Source: Dehalococcoidia bacterium
Lineage (GTDB): Bacteria; Chloroflexota; Dehalococcoidia; UBA2979
Assembly: GCA_964291495.2 (NCBI GenBank)
Contig: OZ219871.1
Span: 1,280,001-1,344,000 of the forward strand
DNA length: 64,000 nucleotides
Reading direction: 5' to 3'
The notes under the pieces were generated by a model. It was not told the origin of the DNA, ran no database searches, and saw only the letters and a list, made by a program, of their open reading frames with translations. A program made the translations under genes and the position numbers. Shown in pieces: positions 42,544 through 54,134 of this stretch (position 1 is the stretch's first letter; each line of letters opens with the position of its first letter).

Positions 42544-42862
42544 CCTTGTGGCCCTCCGGCGCTCCGGCGGCGGCCTGACGCAGAAACGCGCGCCGGGCGA
42601 CCACGCCCCGTACGGATGTCAACGAGCAATGCACACGTGTTGGCAAACACGCGAACGCGACCACTGGCCCCGCTGTGTCTATCCAGGGCCAGCCGCTCCC
42701 TCGCCCCCGCGATTCCAGCTTCGAGGGTGACCCTACGTGATTCCAATGCCCTTGGCAGACGGGAGGCTAGCGAACCAGCGGCTTCCTCGACAAGCCTGTT
42801 ATGTGAGCATCGCAGTGGTTTCCCCGGCACTTTATGCGGTTCGGGATGATGTTGGGATGAAC

Positions 42863-42872
42863 TGTGTATAAT
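42863..42872. promoter_or_regulatory. Consensus DnaA box overlapping a TATAAT -10 element
   Basis: TGTGTATAA is the reverse complement of TTATACACA (fits TTWTNCACA); TATAAT at 42867-42872. Confidence 0.7.
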
Positions 42873-42939
42873 CCGCGCCCTCGCCGCCACGCCCGCCGAC
42901 TCACGATCCGCGCCGCACAAAGTCCCGGAGCCGAACCCT

Positions 42940-43710
42940 GTGCTTCTCGCCATCGACATCGGCAACACGAGCATCACGATCGGCGTCTATGACGGGGCGC
43001 ACCTCGCGGCGCGCTTCCGCCTAGCCAGCAACGACGACCGGCCCGCCGATGAGTACACGCGCGAACTCACCGCCCTTCTGGGCAACGCGGGCGTCGAGCC
43101 CGCTCGGACTACCGGGGTGGCGCTCTCCTCAACCGTTCCCACCCTCGAGGCAACCTTCGTCTCGGTCTGCCGCGACGGCTTCGGCTGCGAACCGCTGGTC
43201 GTCGGCGCGGACCTGCACATCGGCATCCCGATCCGCTGCGACAACCCCCACGAGGTCGGAGCGGACCGCATCCTGCACGCCGTCGCCGCGCTCAGACGGC
43301 ACGCCCCGCCGTTGATCGTCGTGGACCTCGGGACGGCGCTCGTTCTCGACGCGATCTCCGCCGAGGGCGACTACCTGGGCGGCGCGATCGCGCCGGGAAT
43401 CGGCATCGCCGCGGAGGCGCTGTTCGAGCGCGCCGCGAAGCTGCCGTGCGTCCCCCTCGAGCCCCCTGGCGCCGACGGCGCGATCGGTCGCAACACGAAA
43501 GACTCGATGCAGTCGGGTATCGTGTACGGCTACGCGGAGATGGTGTGCGGCATGGTGCGGCGCTTCAAGGCAGAGATCGGCCCGCGGGCCAAGGTGATCG
43601 CCACCGGCGGCTACGCCGCCCTGATCGCCGACGCCGCCTGCTGCATCGACGCCGTTGAGGACGACCTCAATCTCGAGGGCCTGCGCCTGGTCTACGAGGC
43701 GAACCGATGA
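42940..43710 (+). CDS. coaX: Type III pantothenate kinase
   Basis: LLAIDIGNT, EVGADR, VVDLGTA, GGAIAPG, ATGG. Confidence 0.96.
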   Translation: MLLAIDIGNTSITIGVYDGAHLAARFRLASNDDRPADEYTRELTALLGNAGVEPARTTGVALSSTVPTLEATFVSVCRDGFGCEPLVVGADLHIGIPIRCDNPHEVGADRILHAVAALRRHAPPLIVVDLGTALVLDAISAEGDYLGGAIAPGIGIAAEALFERAAKLPCVPLEPPGADGAIGRNTKDSMQSGIVYGYAEMVCGMVRRFKAEIGPRAKVIATGGYAALIADAACCIDAVEDDLNLEGLRLVYEANR

Positions 43711-44942
43711 CCATGCAGCCAACAGCCGCGCCCGCGCCGCTGAGCGGCCGCACGATCGTGCTCGGCGTGAGCGGCTCGATCGCCGCCTACAAGGCCGTCG
43801 AGGTCACGAGCCGCCTCGTGCAGGCGGGCGCAGCGGTCGAGGTCGTGATGACCGAGGCCGCCACAAAGTTCATTGGGCCATTGACATTCCGGGGCATCAC
43901 CGGGCGCGAGCCGTTCGTCGATCTCTGGGCGACGGCCGGGCCGCACGCCGAGCCGCACGTCGCCCTGGGGCGCAGCGCCGACCTCTACCTGATCGCGCCG
44001 GCCAGCGCTTCGACGATCGCGCGGATCGCGCACGGCATCGCCGACGACTTCGTCTCGCTGACCGCGCTGGCGATGCGCGGACCGGTGCTGATCGCGCCCG
44101 CGATGGACGCGCAGATGTGGGCCAACGCCGCCACGCGCGACAACGTCGCCCTGCTCCGGGAGCGCGGCATCGAGTTCCTCGGCCCCGTCGATGGGCGCCT
44201 CGCTTCCGGCGAGGTGGGCGCGGGGCGCTTGCTGGAGCCGGCCGCCATCGTCGACCAGCTCAAGGCGCGCCTCGGGCGGGCCCACGGCGACCTCGCGGGC
44301 AAGCGCATCGCCGTCACCGCCGGCGGCACGCGCGAGCCGGCCGACCCCGTGCGCTTCATCGGCAATCGCTCGACCGGCAAGATGGGCCACGCCGTCGCCG
44401 AGGCGGCGCGCGACCGCGGCGCCGACGTGGTGCTGATCACCAGCGCCGAACTCGCCCCTCCCGGCGCCACCGAGGTCGTCCATGTCGAGACGGCTCACGA
44501 GATGCTCGCCGCCCTCGAGGCGCACGTCCCGACCTGCGACGCGCTGGTCATGGCCGCCGCCGTCGCCGACTACCGCCCCGCCGCGTCGCTGGCGCACAAG
44601 CAGAAGCGCGGGGGCCGCGAGCACTGGTCGCTCGACCTGGAACGCAACCCGGACCTGATCGCCTCGATCCAGCGCGAGGGGCTGATCAAGGTCGCGTTCG
44701 CCGCGGAGACGGACGACCTGCTGCAGAACGCGGCGCACAAGCTGATCGCGAAGGACGCGCACCTCATGGTTGCGAACGACGTGAGCGCCGAGGACGCCGG
44801 CTTCGCCGTCGATACCAACCGCGTCGTCATCCTCGACCGCAACGGCGGCTGCGACGAGCTCCCGCTGCTCTCGAAGTACGACTGCTCGCACCTGATCCTC
44901 GACCGGCTGGCGGCGCTGCTCCCGGGCAACTCCCGCCGCTAG
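43707..44942 (+). CDS. coaBC: Bifunctional PPC decarboxylase / PPC synthetase
   Basis: GSIAAYK, APAM, TAGGTRE..DPVRFIGNRSTGKMG, AAAVADY, FAAET, ANDV. Confidence 0.96.
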   Translation: MTMQPTAAPAPLSGRTIVLGVSGSIAAYKAVEVTSRLVQAGAAVEVVMTEAATKFIGPLTFRGITGREPFVDLWATAGPHAEPHVALGRSADLYLIAPASASTIARIAHGIADDFVSLTALAMRGPVLIAPAMDAQMWANAATRDNVALLRERGIEFLGPVDGRLASGEVGAGRLLEPAAIVDQLKARLGRAHGDLAGKRIAVTAGGTREPADPVRFIGNRSTGKMGHAVAEAARDRGADVVLITSAELAPPGATEVVHVETAHEMLAALEAHVPTCDALVMAAAVADYRPAASLAHKQKRGGREHWSLDLERNPDLIASIQREGLIKVAFAAETDDLLQNAAHKLIAKDAHLMVANDVSAEDAGFAVDTNRVVILDRNGGCDELPLLSKYDCSHLILDRLAALLPGNSRR

Positions 44943-44969
44943 GGCGCGGCCGCTGAGGCAGCTCTCGGA

Positions 44970-45280
44970 TACGTCGTGGATAACCGCCGACTCGCTGTTC
45001 GCGGGCTCCGCGTAACCTCGGGTCCCCTTCAGGTGGGCTCGGACGGCAGGCGCTGCCGGTCGGCGACCCCTCCCCAACTGCCCACGATCTGCTCACGAGT
45101 GTTCTCTCTTTACTCCGAAGCTCCCCACGCCCCGGAACCTGCGGTATCGGCTACCCGCCCGCCCGAAACCGGTTCCCGTCCACATCCCGCACGGCCCTAC
45201 TACTACGACGTTCCCCCACCCAGACATCCGTGCCCCCTGGTCCTGCCGTGGACAAGTACCCTCGCCGCGTTGTGGAGTAG
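44970..45280. other. Probable replication origin (oriC) with DnaA boxes and DnaA-trios
   Basis: Box-like 9-mers at 44975 (TTATCCACG, -), 45247 (TTGTCCACG, -), 45271, 45078, 45121 and 45176; CCGTCCACA-TCCCGCAC-GGCCC-TACTACTACGAC at 45176-45209. Confidence 0.7.
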
Positions 45281-45285
45281 ATCCC

Positions 45286-46584
45286 GTGATCGACCAGGTT
45301 GAGATCGAAGTAGCTGCCGGGAAGGGCGGCGACGGGATCGTCTCGTTCCGCCGAGAGAAATTCGTGCCGCACGGGGGCCCCGACGGCGGCGATGGTGGCC
45401 GAGGGGGCTCGGTCGGGTTCGTTGCGGACCGGACGGTGACGGGACTTGGCGCCTATCGTGACGGGCGGATTCGGGTGGCGCCGCTCGGGCAGCCGGGCAG
45501 CTCCTCACAACGCCGCGGCGCCTCGGGCGAGGACCTGTGGTTGCCTGTGCCCGTGGGCTGCGTGGTGTGGGACCTGGAATCCGGGAGTGCGCTGCAAGAG
45601 TCGCCCGGTGGCGAAGAGCGCGGGCCGTTCGCGGACCTCGCGGAGAACGGCGCCCAGGCGATCGTTGCGAGGGGTGGCCGTGGCGGCTGGGGCAACAAGC
45701 GATTCGCCACGGCGACCCGGCGGACACCACGCTTCGCCCAGCGCGGGATGGCGGGTGAGCGCCGTCGGCTGAGGCTCGAGCTGAAGCTGCTGGCGGACGT
45801 GGGCCTCGTGGGGTTGCCGAACGCGGGCAAGTCGACACTGCTCGGCGCGTGGTCGGCGGCGCACCCGAAGGTGGCCGCGTACCCGTTCACGACGCTCGAG
45901 CCGGAGCTGGGGGTAGTCGAACTCGGTTACGACTCGTTCGTCGCGGCGGACATGCCGGGCCTGATCGAGGGCGCAAGCCAGGGCGTGGGGCTCGGGCACG
46001 AGTTCCTGCGGCACATCGAGCGCACGCGGGTGCTCGTGCACGTGCTCGATATGACGCGGGACGACCCGCTCGCCGACCGCGAGCTGATCGACCGCGAGCT
46101 GGCGGAGTTCGGCCATGGTCTGTCCGGGAAACCGCAGCTGCTGGCCCTGAACAAGATCGACGACCCGGACGCACGGGCGCACGTTGAGTTGATCGAGGAG
46201 CTGCTGGAAGCGCAGGAGACGCCGTGGCTCGCCATCTCGGCGGCCTCGCTGGAAGGCACGCGGCAACTCGCCGAGCGAGCCTTCCAGCTGCTCCGGGAGC
46301 AGTTGCTGCGAGAGGAGGCCGAGGTTGCGCCGCCGCCGTTGGTGGAGCCGCTCGAGGTCCGGCGCGAGCGCTTCCATGTCGAGCGGGATGCGATGGGCGG
46401 CGTAGTTGTGCGCGGCCGCACCCCTGAGTGGCTGGCGGCGACGTTCGACCTCGAGGACCACGAGGCGCGCGAGGAGTTGCTCGACCGGCTGCGGCGGCTG
46501 GGTCTGGCGCGCGCTCTCTCGCGCGAGGGCGTGACGCCCGGCACGACGATCCACGTCGGCGACGTCGCGCTGGTCTGGGAGTAG
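45286..46584 (+). CDS. obgE: GTPase ObgE/CgtA
   Basis: GKGGDG..SFRREKFVP.GGPDGGDGG, GLPNAGKST, YPFTT, DMPGLIEGA, NKID. Confidence 0.98.
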   Translation: MIDQVEIEVAAGKGGDGIVSFRREKFVPHGGPDGGDGGRGGSVGFVADRTVTGLGAYRDGRIRVAPLGQPGSSSQRRGASGEDLWLPVPVGCVVWDLESGSALQESPGGEERGPFADLAENGAQAIVARGGRGGWGNKRFATATRRTPRFAQRGMAGERRRLRLELKLLADVGLVGLPNAGKSTLLGAWSAAHPKVAAYPFTTLEPELGVVELGYDSFVAADMPGLIEGASQGVGLGHEFLRHIERTRVLVHVLDMTRDDPLADRELIDRELAEFGHGLSGKPQLLALNKIDDPDARAHVELIEELLEAQETPWLAISAASLEGTRQLAERAFQLLREQLLREEAEVAPPPLVEPLEVRRERFHVERDAMGGVVVRGRTPEWLAATFDLEDHEAREELLDRLRRLGLARALSREGVTPGTTIHVGDVALVWE

Positions 46585-46589
46585 GCGCG

Positions 46590-47198
46590 ATGCGCATCGG
46601 CGTCCTCGGTGGCACCTTCGACCCGCCGCACCTCGCACACCTCGTGCTGGCGTCGGCCGCGAGGCGCACGCTCGGCCTCGACCGCGTGCTCCTCGTGCCG
46701 GCGGGCGACCCGTGGCGCAAGGCGGGGAGCGGGGTATCGCCGGCGGCCGATCGCCTGGCGCTGACGCGTGCAGCCATCGAGGACGCACTGCCCTGGGCCG
46801 AGGTCAGCGAAATCGAGGTGCGCCGCAAGGGCCCCAGCTACACCGCCGAGACCCTCGAGGAACTGCAGGCGAAGGAGCCGGGCAACGAGTGGTGGTTCAT
46901 CCTCGGCTGGGACGCGCTCGCCGACCTGCCGAACTGGCGGCGGCCGGAGCGCATCCTCGAGCTGGCGCGCCTCGCCCTCGCCGAGCGGGGCGATGCGGAC
47001 GCGGATGCGTTGCTGCCGCGTGCGGCAGCCGAGGCGTTTCCGGACCTCGCGGCTCGCGTAGACCGCGTGCCGATTCCGCGGCTCGATGTCTCCGCCTCGG
47101 AGCTGCGTCGCCGCCTGCGGGAGGGCGAGCCGACGGCGCCGCTGCTGCCGGTGGGCGTGCGGAAGCTGATCGCCGAACGTGGGCTCTACCGCGCCTGA
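46590..47198 (+). CDS. nadD: Nicotinate-nucleotide adenylyltransferase
   Basis: MRIGVLGGTFDPPHLAH, SYTAETL, FILGWD, VSASELR. Confidence 0.93.
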   Translation: MRIGVLGGTFDPPHLAHLVLASAARRTLGLDRVLLVPAGDPWRKAGSGVSPAADRLALTRAAIEDALPWAEVSEIEVRRKGPSYTAETLEELQAKEPGNEWWFILGWDALADLPNWRRPERILELARLALAERGDADADALLPRAAAEAFPDLAARVDRVPIPRLDVSASELRRRLREGEPTAPLLPVGVRKLIAERGLYRA

Positions 47199-47207
47199 CG
47201 CCCGCCG

Positions 47208-47900
47208 TTACGCCTGGTCGGGTGGGCGCCCGAAGAGGATCGAGGCGCGGGGGACCGGCGGGAAGAGGAATGGGCGCAGTCCCGCCTCGACGGCGAAGGG
47301 AAAGCCTGCCTCCTGTGCGAAGCGCAGCAGCGTGCGCCCCGATCGCAACTGCGGCGAGCGCACGTGGCGGCCCAGCCAGCGCCGGTTCCAGGCGTCGAGG
47401 AAGCGCCGCCCGGTCGACGCGAACTCCCAGATCAGCGCCAGTCCGCCGGGCGCGAGCACGCGCCAGACCTCGTCGAGCAGGTCGCGCAAGCCGTCGTCAT
47501 CGAGGTGCTTCACCAGGTAGCCGCAGAGCACGAGGTCGAAGGCGCCCGAGGCGAGCGGCAGGCTCGTCGCCGAGCCCTGTACGAGGTCGAGCAGGCGGCC
47601 GCTCGAGCGGTTGTCGCGCCGAGCGTGCCTTAACGCCGCGCGCGAGAAGTCGAGGCCCACGGGCGGTTGCTTGAAGCCCACGCGTCCGTCCATGAAGCGT
47701 GGCACGGAGCCACGGCCGCAGCCGATGTCGAGCACGCGCAGGTCCGGCTCCATGCCCAGCTCGTCGGGCAGTCTCAGCAGCGGCCCGTTCATCACGAACG
47801 CGCCCTGCGGGCCAAGCGCCCAGCGCAGCCCTGTCGCGGCCAGCCCCGGCCGGCTCAACAGGCGTTCGTACTCGTCGAGGCGGGTCCGCTCGAAGCTCAT
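47208..47900 (-). CDS. Class I SAM-dependent methyltransferase
   Basis: VLDIGCGRG, GLDFS, GSATSLP, RVLAPGG. Confidence 0.88.
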   Translation of the reverse strand: MSFERTRLDEYERLLSRPGLAATGLRWALGPQGAFVMNGPLLRLPDELGMEPDLRVLDIGCGRGSVPRFMDGRVGFKQPPVGLDFSRAALRHARRDNRSSGRLLDLVQGSATSLPLASGAFDLVLCGYLVKHLDDDGLRDLLDEVWRVLAPGGLALIWEFASTGRRFLDAWNRRWLGRHVRSPQLRSGRTLLRFAQEAGFPFAVEAGLRPFLFPPVPRASILFGRPPDQA

Positions 47901-47931
47901 GAGTGAATCGTGGCACGCCGGCGATCGGCGC

Positions 47932-48417
47932 TCAATCACCGGTCGCGGGCGGCCCCGGCTCGCCGAGGTCGAACGAGAGCCGCACGCGCGCGCCCTGCGC
48001 GGCCGCCCAGTCGCACATCGCCGCCAGCTCACCGAGCCGCGGCGCGAGGTCCTCGTAGCCCTCGAGCAGCTCGTCGAGCTGGCGGTCGCCGGCCGTGGTG
48101 GCCGCGGCGACGGCGCGGCAGCAGTCGGCGAGGGCCGCCGGGTCCTGCCACATCCGCTGCAACTCGCGGCGGTCCGCCTCGTCCTCGACGCGGCGGTCGG
48201 CGTAGCGCAGCAGCGGGCGCAGCGTGACCTTGTGCAGTGTCTCGATGCGGCTCGCCGCCCGCGCCAGCTCGTGCTGCGCCCCGAAGCGCAGCGAGAACGC
48301 CCACGACGCGAAGTACAGCACCACCGAGGAGTCGCCCTCGAACGCCACCGGGCAGGCCTCGTCCGCGTCGAACTCGACGTGGAGGGGCGGCGGGGCGTCC
48401 TCGGCAGGGCTGGTCAC
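47932..48417 (-). CDS. Hypothetical protein
   Basis: Fills the gap between gyrB and the methyltransferase in the same orientation, with protein-like composition. Confidence 0.65.
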   Translation of the reverse strand: MTSPAEDAPPPLHVEFDADEACPVAFEGDSSVVLYFASWAFSLRFGAQHELARAASRIETLHKVTLRPLLRYADRRVEDEADRRELQRMWQDPAALADCCRAVAAATTAGDRQLDELLEGYEDLAPRLGELAAMCDWAAAQGARVRLSFDLGEPGPPATGD

Positions 48418-48434
48418 GGCGGGTGCTCGCGCCG

Positions 48435-50495
<2,061 letters not shown>

Positions 50496-50755
50496 TCAGT
50501 CCGTGCAGCGGCTACGGGACGGGGTACACGCCACGCGGCGGTTCGCCCGGATCGCATCTGCCGGGGAGGCGGATTCCGCGCCAGGCGAGAGGGCCTTTCG
50601 CGGTGAAATCACGTGACGAAACGGCTGCGTTGGACCTGATGTTCCCGGCACTTGGATAGTATACCTGATGAGCGCTGTTCGCGCTTGAGTTGCGGGGGTC
50701 TCGGGCGGTCCGCTGGCAGGCCCGGAGGCTTGGAACCACAACGGAAATCGCCGGT

Positions 50756-51208
50756 ATGGCACAGCAACGTAATCCTATCTCGATCACCCCCATCGGCGTC
50801 GTCCGCAACGGCGAACGCGACCCCGCTCGCCAGGACTGGACGCGCGTCCGCAGCCGCATCGAGTTGCACCCGGAACTCGCCCCCGCGCTCGATGGCCTCG
50901 AGGGCTTCTCGCACGTCATCGTCGTCGGCTGGCTCGACCGCATTCCGGAGGAGCTGCGGGAGCGCAGGCACGCGCATCCCGGCGGTGACGATCGGCTGCC
51001 GCTGCTCGGCGCGCTCGCGCTGCGCGGCGGCGCGCGGCCCAATCCGATCGCCGTTACCGTCTGCCGCCTGCGCGCGGCTGGCGACGCGGCCGTCGAGGTC
51101 GAGGGCCTCGACCTGATCGACGGCACGCCGGTGCTCGACATCAAGCCCTACATCGCCGTCTACGACTCGGAGCCGGACGCGACGCTGCCGGACTGGGCGC
51201 AGGGCTGA
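50756..51208 (+). CDS. TsaA/TrmO-like SAM-dependent methyltransferase
   Basis: PIGVV, LDGLEGFSHV, RPNPI, GLDLIDGTPVLDIKPY. Confidence 0.88.
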   Translation: MAQQRNPISITPIGVVRNGERDPARQDWTRVRSRIELHPELAPALDGLEGFSHVIVVGWLDRIPEELRERRHAHPGGDDRLPLLGALALRGGARPNPIAVTVCRLRAAGDAAVEVEGLDLIDGTPVLDIKPYIAVYDSEPDATLPDWAQG

Positions 51209-51254
51209 GGCGGGAGGCGTTGCGCCAGCACGCTGCCCGTCCGACGCTGGCGGC

Positions 51255-52346
51255 ATGGACATCGCGATCGTCGGGCTGCCGGGATCGGGCAAGACCTCGC
51301 TCTTCAATGCGCTGACACGAGGCGAGGCGCAGGTCGGCGCCTACAGCTCGCGCCTGGAGCCGAACCTCGGCGTCGCCGCCGTGCCCGACGAGCGGCTCGA
51401 CCGGCTCGCGGCGCAGGAAGGCTCGAGGCGCGTGACGCACGCGGAGCTGCGCCTCGCGGACTACCCGGCCGCGACCTTCGATGCGTCCGGCATCGACCGT
51501 CAGAGGCTGCAGGATCTGGCGCAGGCGGACGCGCTCATCCTCGTCGCCCGCGCCTTCGAGAACCCCGCCGTGCCCGCCCCCGAGGGCGGCGTCGACGCCG
51601 ATCGCGACATCGAGGCGATGCAGCTCGAGCTGACCTACGCCGACCTCGCGTTGATCGAACGGCGCATCGAGCGGATCGAGCCGGAGCTGCGCTCACTCCC
51701 CGCCGCCGAGCGGGGCGCGCTCGAGCAGGACCGGGCGCTGCTGCTGCGGCTGCGCGAGGCCCTCGAGGCGGGGAGCGCGCTGCGTGCGCTCGATCTCACC
51801 GAGGGGGAGCGGCGGCTGCTCGCGAGCTACCAGTTCGCCACGCGCCGGCCGCTGCTGATCCTCGTCAACGTCGACGAGGACGACCTGCCGCGCCTCGAGG
51901 AGATCGAGGCGGACCACGCCGGGCGGCACCGCGCCCCGGGCGTCGGTGTCGTCGCGCTCAGCGCGCGCATCGAGGCGGAGCTGGCGCAGATGGAGGCGGA
52001 GGAGGCGGCCGCGTTCCGAGGCGAGCTGGGCCTGCCGGAGCTGTCGCCGCTCGATCGCGTGATCCGGGAGACGTACGACCTGCTCGGCGTACTCACCTTC
52101 CTCACCGCGAGCGACCGGGAGGCGCGCGCCTGGACGCTGCGCCGGGGCGGGACGGCCCTCGATGCGGCCGGCCGCATCCACAGCGACCTCGAACGCGGCT
52201 TCATCCGCGCCGAGGTCGCGCGCTGGGACGAGTGGCTGGAGGCGGGCAGCGAGGCGCAGCTGCGCCGCCAGGGCCGGTTGCGCACAGAGGGCCGCGACTA
52301 CGAGGTGCAGGACGGCGATGTCGTGCACGTGCTCTTCAACGTCTGA
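51255..52346 (+). CDS. ychF: YchF/Obg-like ATPase
   Basis: GLPGSGKT, EPN.G...VPDERL, AWT, AAGRIHSDLERGFIRAEV, EGRDYEVQDGD, FNV. Confidence 0.92.
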   Translation: MDIAIVGLPGSGKTSLFNALTRGEAQVGAYSSRLEPNLGVAAVPDERLDRLAAQEGSRRVTHAELRLADYPAATFDASGIDRQRLQDLAQADALILVARAFENPAVPAPEGGVDADRDIEAMQLELTYADLALIERRIERIEPELRSLPAAERGALEQDRALLLRLREALEAGSALRALDLTEGERRLLASYQFATRRPLLILVNVDEDDLPRLEEIEADHAGRHRAPGVGVVALSARIEAELAQMEAEEAAAFRGELGLPELSPLDRVIRETYDLLGVLTFLTASDREARAWTLRRGGTALDAAGRIHSDLERGFIRAEVARWDEWLEAGSEAQLRRQGRLRTEGRDYEVQDGDVVHVLFNV

Positions 52347-52391
52347 GCACGTCATGGGAGGCGGCGATATGATCGCTGCCGTGAGGCGACG

Positions 52392-53258
52392 ATGAGCGAA
52401 CAACAGTCACCTGAGGACGTGCGCGCGCGCCTCGTCGAGGAGGTCGAGGCCGCCCTCGGCGGCGGCCCGGCCGTCGCCGTCGCGACGGTGATCGATCCGG
52501 GCGAGCAGGATGGTCTTCAGCTCGGCGCGAAGCTGCTCGTGCGCGCGGCCGGCGGGACGCTCGGCGCCCTCGGCGCGCCCGCGATCGACGAGGCCGCCGC
52601 GGAGGCGGGCCGTGCTGCGCTCTCCGCGCGCCCGCGCATCGAGGCGCAGACCGTCTACGTGCGCGCGCCCGGCGAGCTCGTCGAGCGGCGCTCGCGGGCG
52701 CGGCCGGGCGACGGCCGGCTCATGCTCGAGGTCTTCGAGGCGCCCGGACGCCTGCTGATCGTGGGCGGCGGCCACATCGGGTTGGCCCTCGCGACGATCG
52801 GTTCCACGCTCGGCTTCCAGGTGACCGTGATCGACGACCGCGAGGAGTTCGCCAACCGCGAACGCTTCCCGATGGCCGCGGAGGTGATCGCCGGCGAGGT
52901 GGACGAGGAACTGGAGAAGCTCGCGATCGACGGGCGCACCTACGCGGTGATGGTCTCGCGCGGCCACCAGGTCGACGAGCTCGCGCTGCGCCACACGATC
53001 GGCCGCGGCGCCGCCTACGTCGGCATGATCGGCAGCCGCCGCCGCACCGGCACAGTCATCCAGCACCTTGTCGATGAGGGCTTGCCGCGCGAGGACCTCG
53101 AGGCGGTGCGCACGCCGATCGGGCTCGACATCGGCGCGGAGACGCCCGAGGAGATCGCGCTCGCCATCCTCGCGGAGATGGTGATGCTGCAGCGCGGCGG
53201 CAGTGGCTCGCCGATGCGCGAGGTCAAGGGTCGCGCGCCCGCTGGGCAGGACGCGTAG
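52392..53258 (+). CDS. XdhC-family molybdoenzyme accessory protein (part with Rossmann domain)
   Basis: LIVGGGHIG, DDREEFANRERFP, YVGMIGSRRR, PIGLDIGAETPEEIA. Confidence 0.92.
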   Translation: MSEQQSPEDVRARLVEEVEAALGGGPAVAVATVIDPGEQDGLQLGAKLLVRAAGGTLGALGAPAIDEAAAEAGRAALSARPRIEAQTVYVRAPGELVERRSRARPGDGRLMLEVFEAPGRLLIVGGGHIGLALATIGSTLGFQVTVIDDREEFANRERFPMAAEVIAGEVDEELEKLAIDGRTYAVMVSRGHQVDELALRHTIGRGAAYVGMIGSRRRTGTVIQHLVDEGLPREDLEAVRTPIGLDIGAETPEEIALAILAEMVMLQRGGSGSPMREVKGRAPAGQDA

Positions 53259-53337
53259 CGCGGCGTCGCGCGCTGGTAGCGCGCTGGTAGACTGTATCGA
53301 CACGACCGGCCGGGAGCCGGGCGGGACAAGGAACACG

Positions 53338-53655
53338 ATGGCAGACGCCGAACTGTTCGCCGAGATTCGCGAAGCGCAGGAGCGCCGGGAGCGCCGCGTG
53401 CTGGCGACCGTCGCCGACGCACGCGGCTCGACGCCGCGCAGCCCCGGCGCGCAGCTGCTGCTGCGCCCGGACGGTAGCTTCCGCGGCACGATCGGCGGCG
53501 GTTGCGGCGAGGCCGAGGTCTGGCAGGAGGCGATGGAGACGATGGCCGACGGCCGTCCGCGCATCGTCACCGTCGACCTGACCGAGGATGTCGAGGGCGA
53601 CGACAAGATCTGCGGCGGCGTGATGGACGTATTCATCGAGAGGATCGCGGACTAG
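53338..53655 (+). CDS. Stand-alone XdhC/CoxI N-terminal domain protein
   Basis: LATV..RGSTPRSPGA, GTIGGGCGE, ICGGVMDVFIE. Confidence 0.9.
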   Translation: MADAELFAEIREAQERRERRVLATVADARGSTPRSPGAQLLLRPDGSFRGTIGGGCGEAEVWQEAMETMADGRPRIVTVDLTEDVEGDDKICGGVMDVFIERIAD

Positions 53656-53740
53656 TCGCAGGGAGTTGCCCGCGGCGGCTGCGTGGTACGATTCGGCGTC
53701 CGCCGGCACGGCGGATGCGGCGCACGGAGGGGACTGACCG

Positions 53741-53983
53741 ATGATCGGTGGACTGGGCTGGCAGGAGTTGCTGATCATCCTCGTGATCATCGCCCTGATC
53801 TTCGGGGCGACCCGTGTCGCCGACCTCGGCGGTGCGCTCGGGCGAGGCATCCGCGAGTTCCGCCAGGAGGCGGCGCGTCCGGATGACGAGGAAGAAGAAG
53901 AGGGCTCCGAGACTGCTTCCGCGTCCGGCGGCTCCTCGGACGGCGAGTCGGAGGCCTCCAGCGACAAGGAGTCATCCGGCTGA
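53741..53983 (+). CDS. tatA: Twin-arginine translocase TatA/E
   Basis: GWQELLIILVIIALIFG, LGRGIREFR, acidic tail; extended -10 TGGTACGAT upstream. Confidence 0.93.
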   Translation: MIGGLGWQELLIILVIIALIFGATRVADLGGALGRGIREFRQEAARPDDEEEEEGSETASASGGSSDGESEASSDKESSG

Positions 53984-54015
53984 CCGCGCTCCCACGAAGG
54001 CGAAGCTGAGAGCCG

Positions 54016-54049
54016 GCCCGGCGTAGAGATGCGCCGGGCTTTCGCTTGT
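54016..54049 (+). terminator. Intrinsic terminator after tatA
   Basis: 10-bp stem with GAGA loop followed by TTTCGCTTGT. Confidence 0.7.
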
Positions 54050-54134
54050 CCACCAGCCCCCGTTTCGTACCATCGATGTAGTGCGATTCGCCGAGGGACG
54101 TACATGGCGGCCCCTGCGCGACGCCAGGAGTGAC

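Noticed and set aside
44090-44240. CoaBC has GRLASG instead of the catalytic-Cys motif (xxACG)
   Set aside because: Cys-less variants occur in CoaBC of several phyla, so this is not evidence of a pseudogene.
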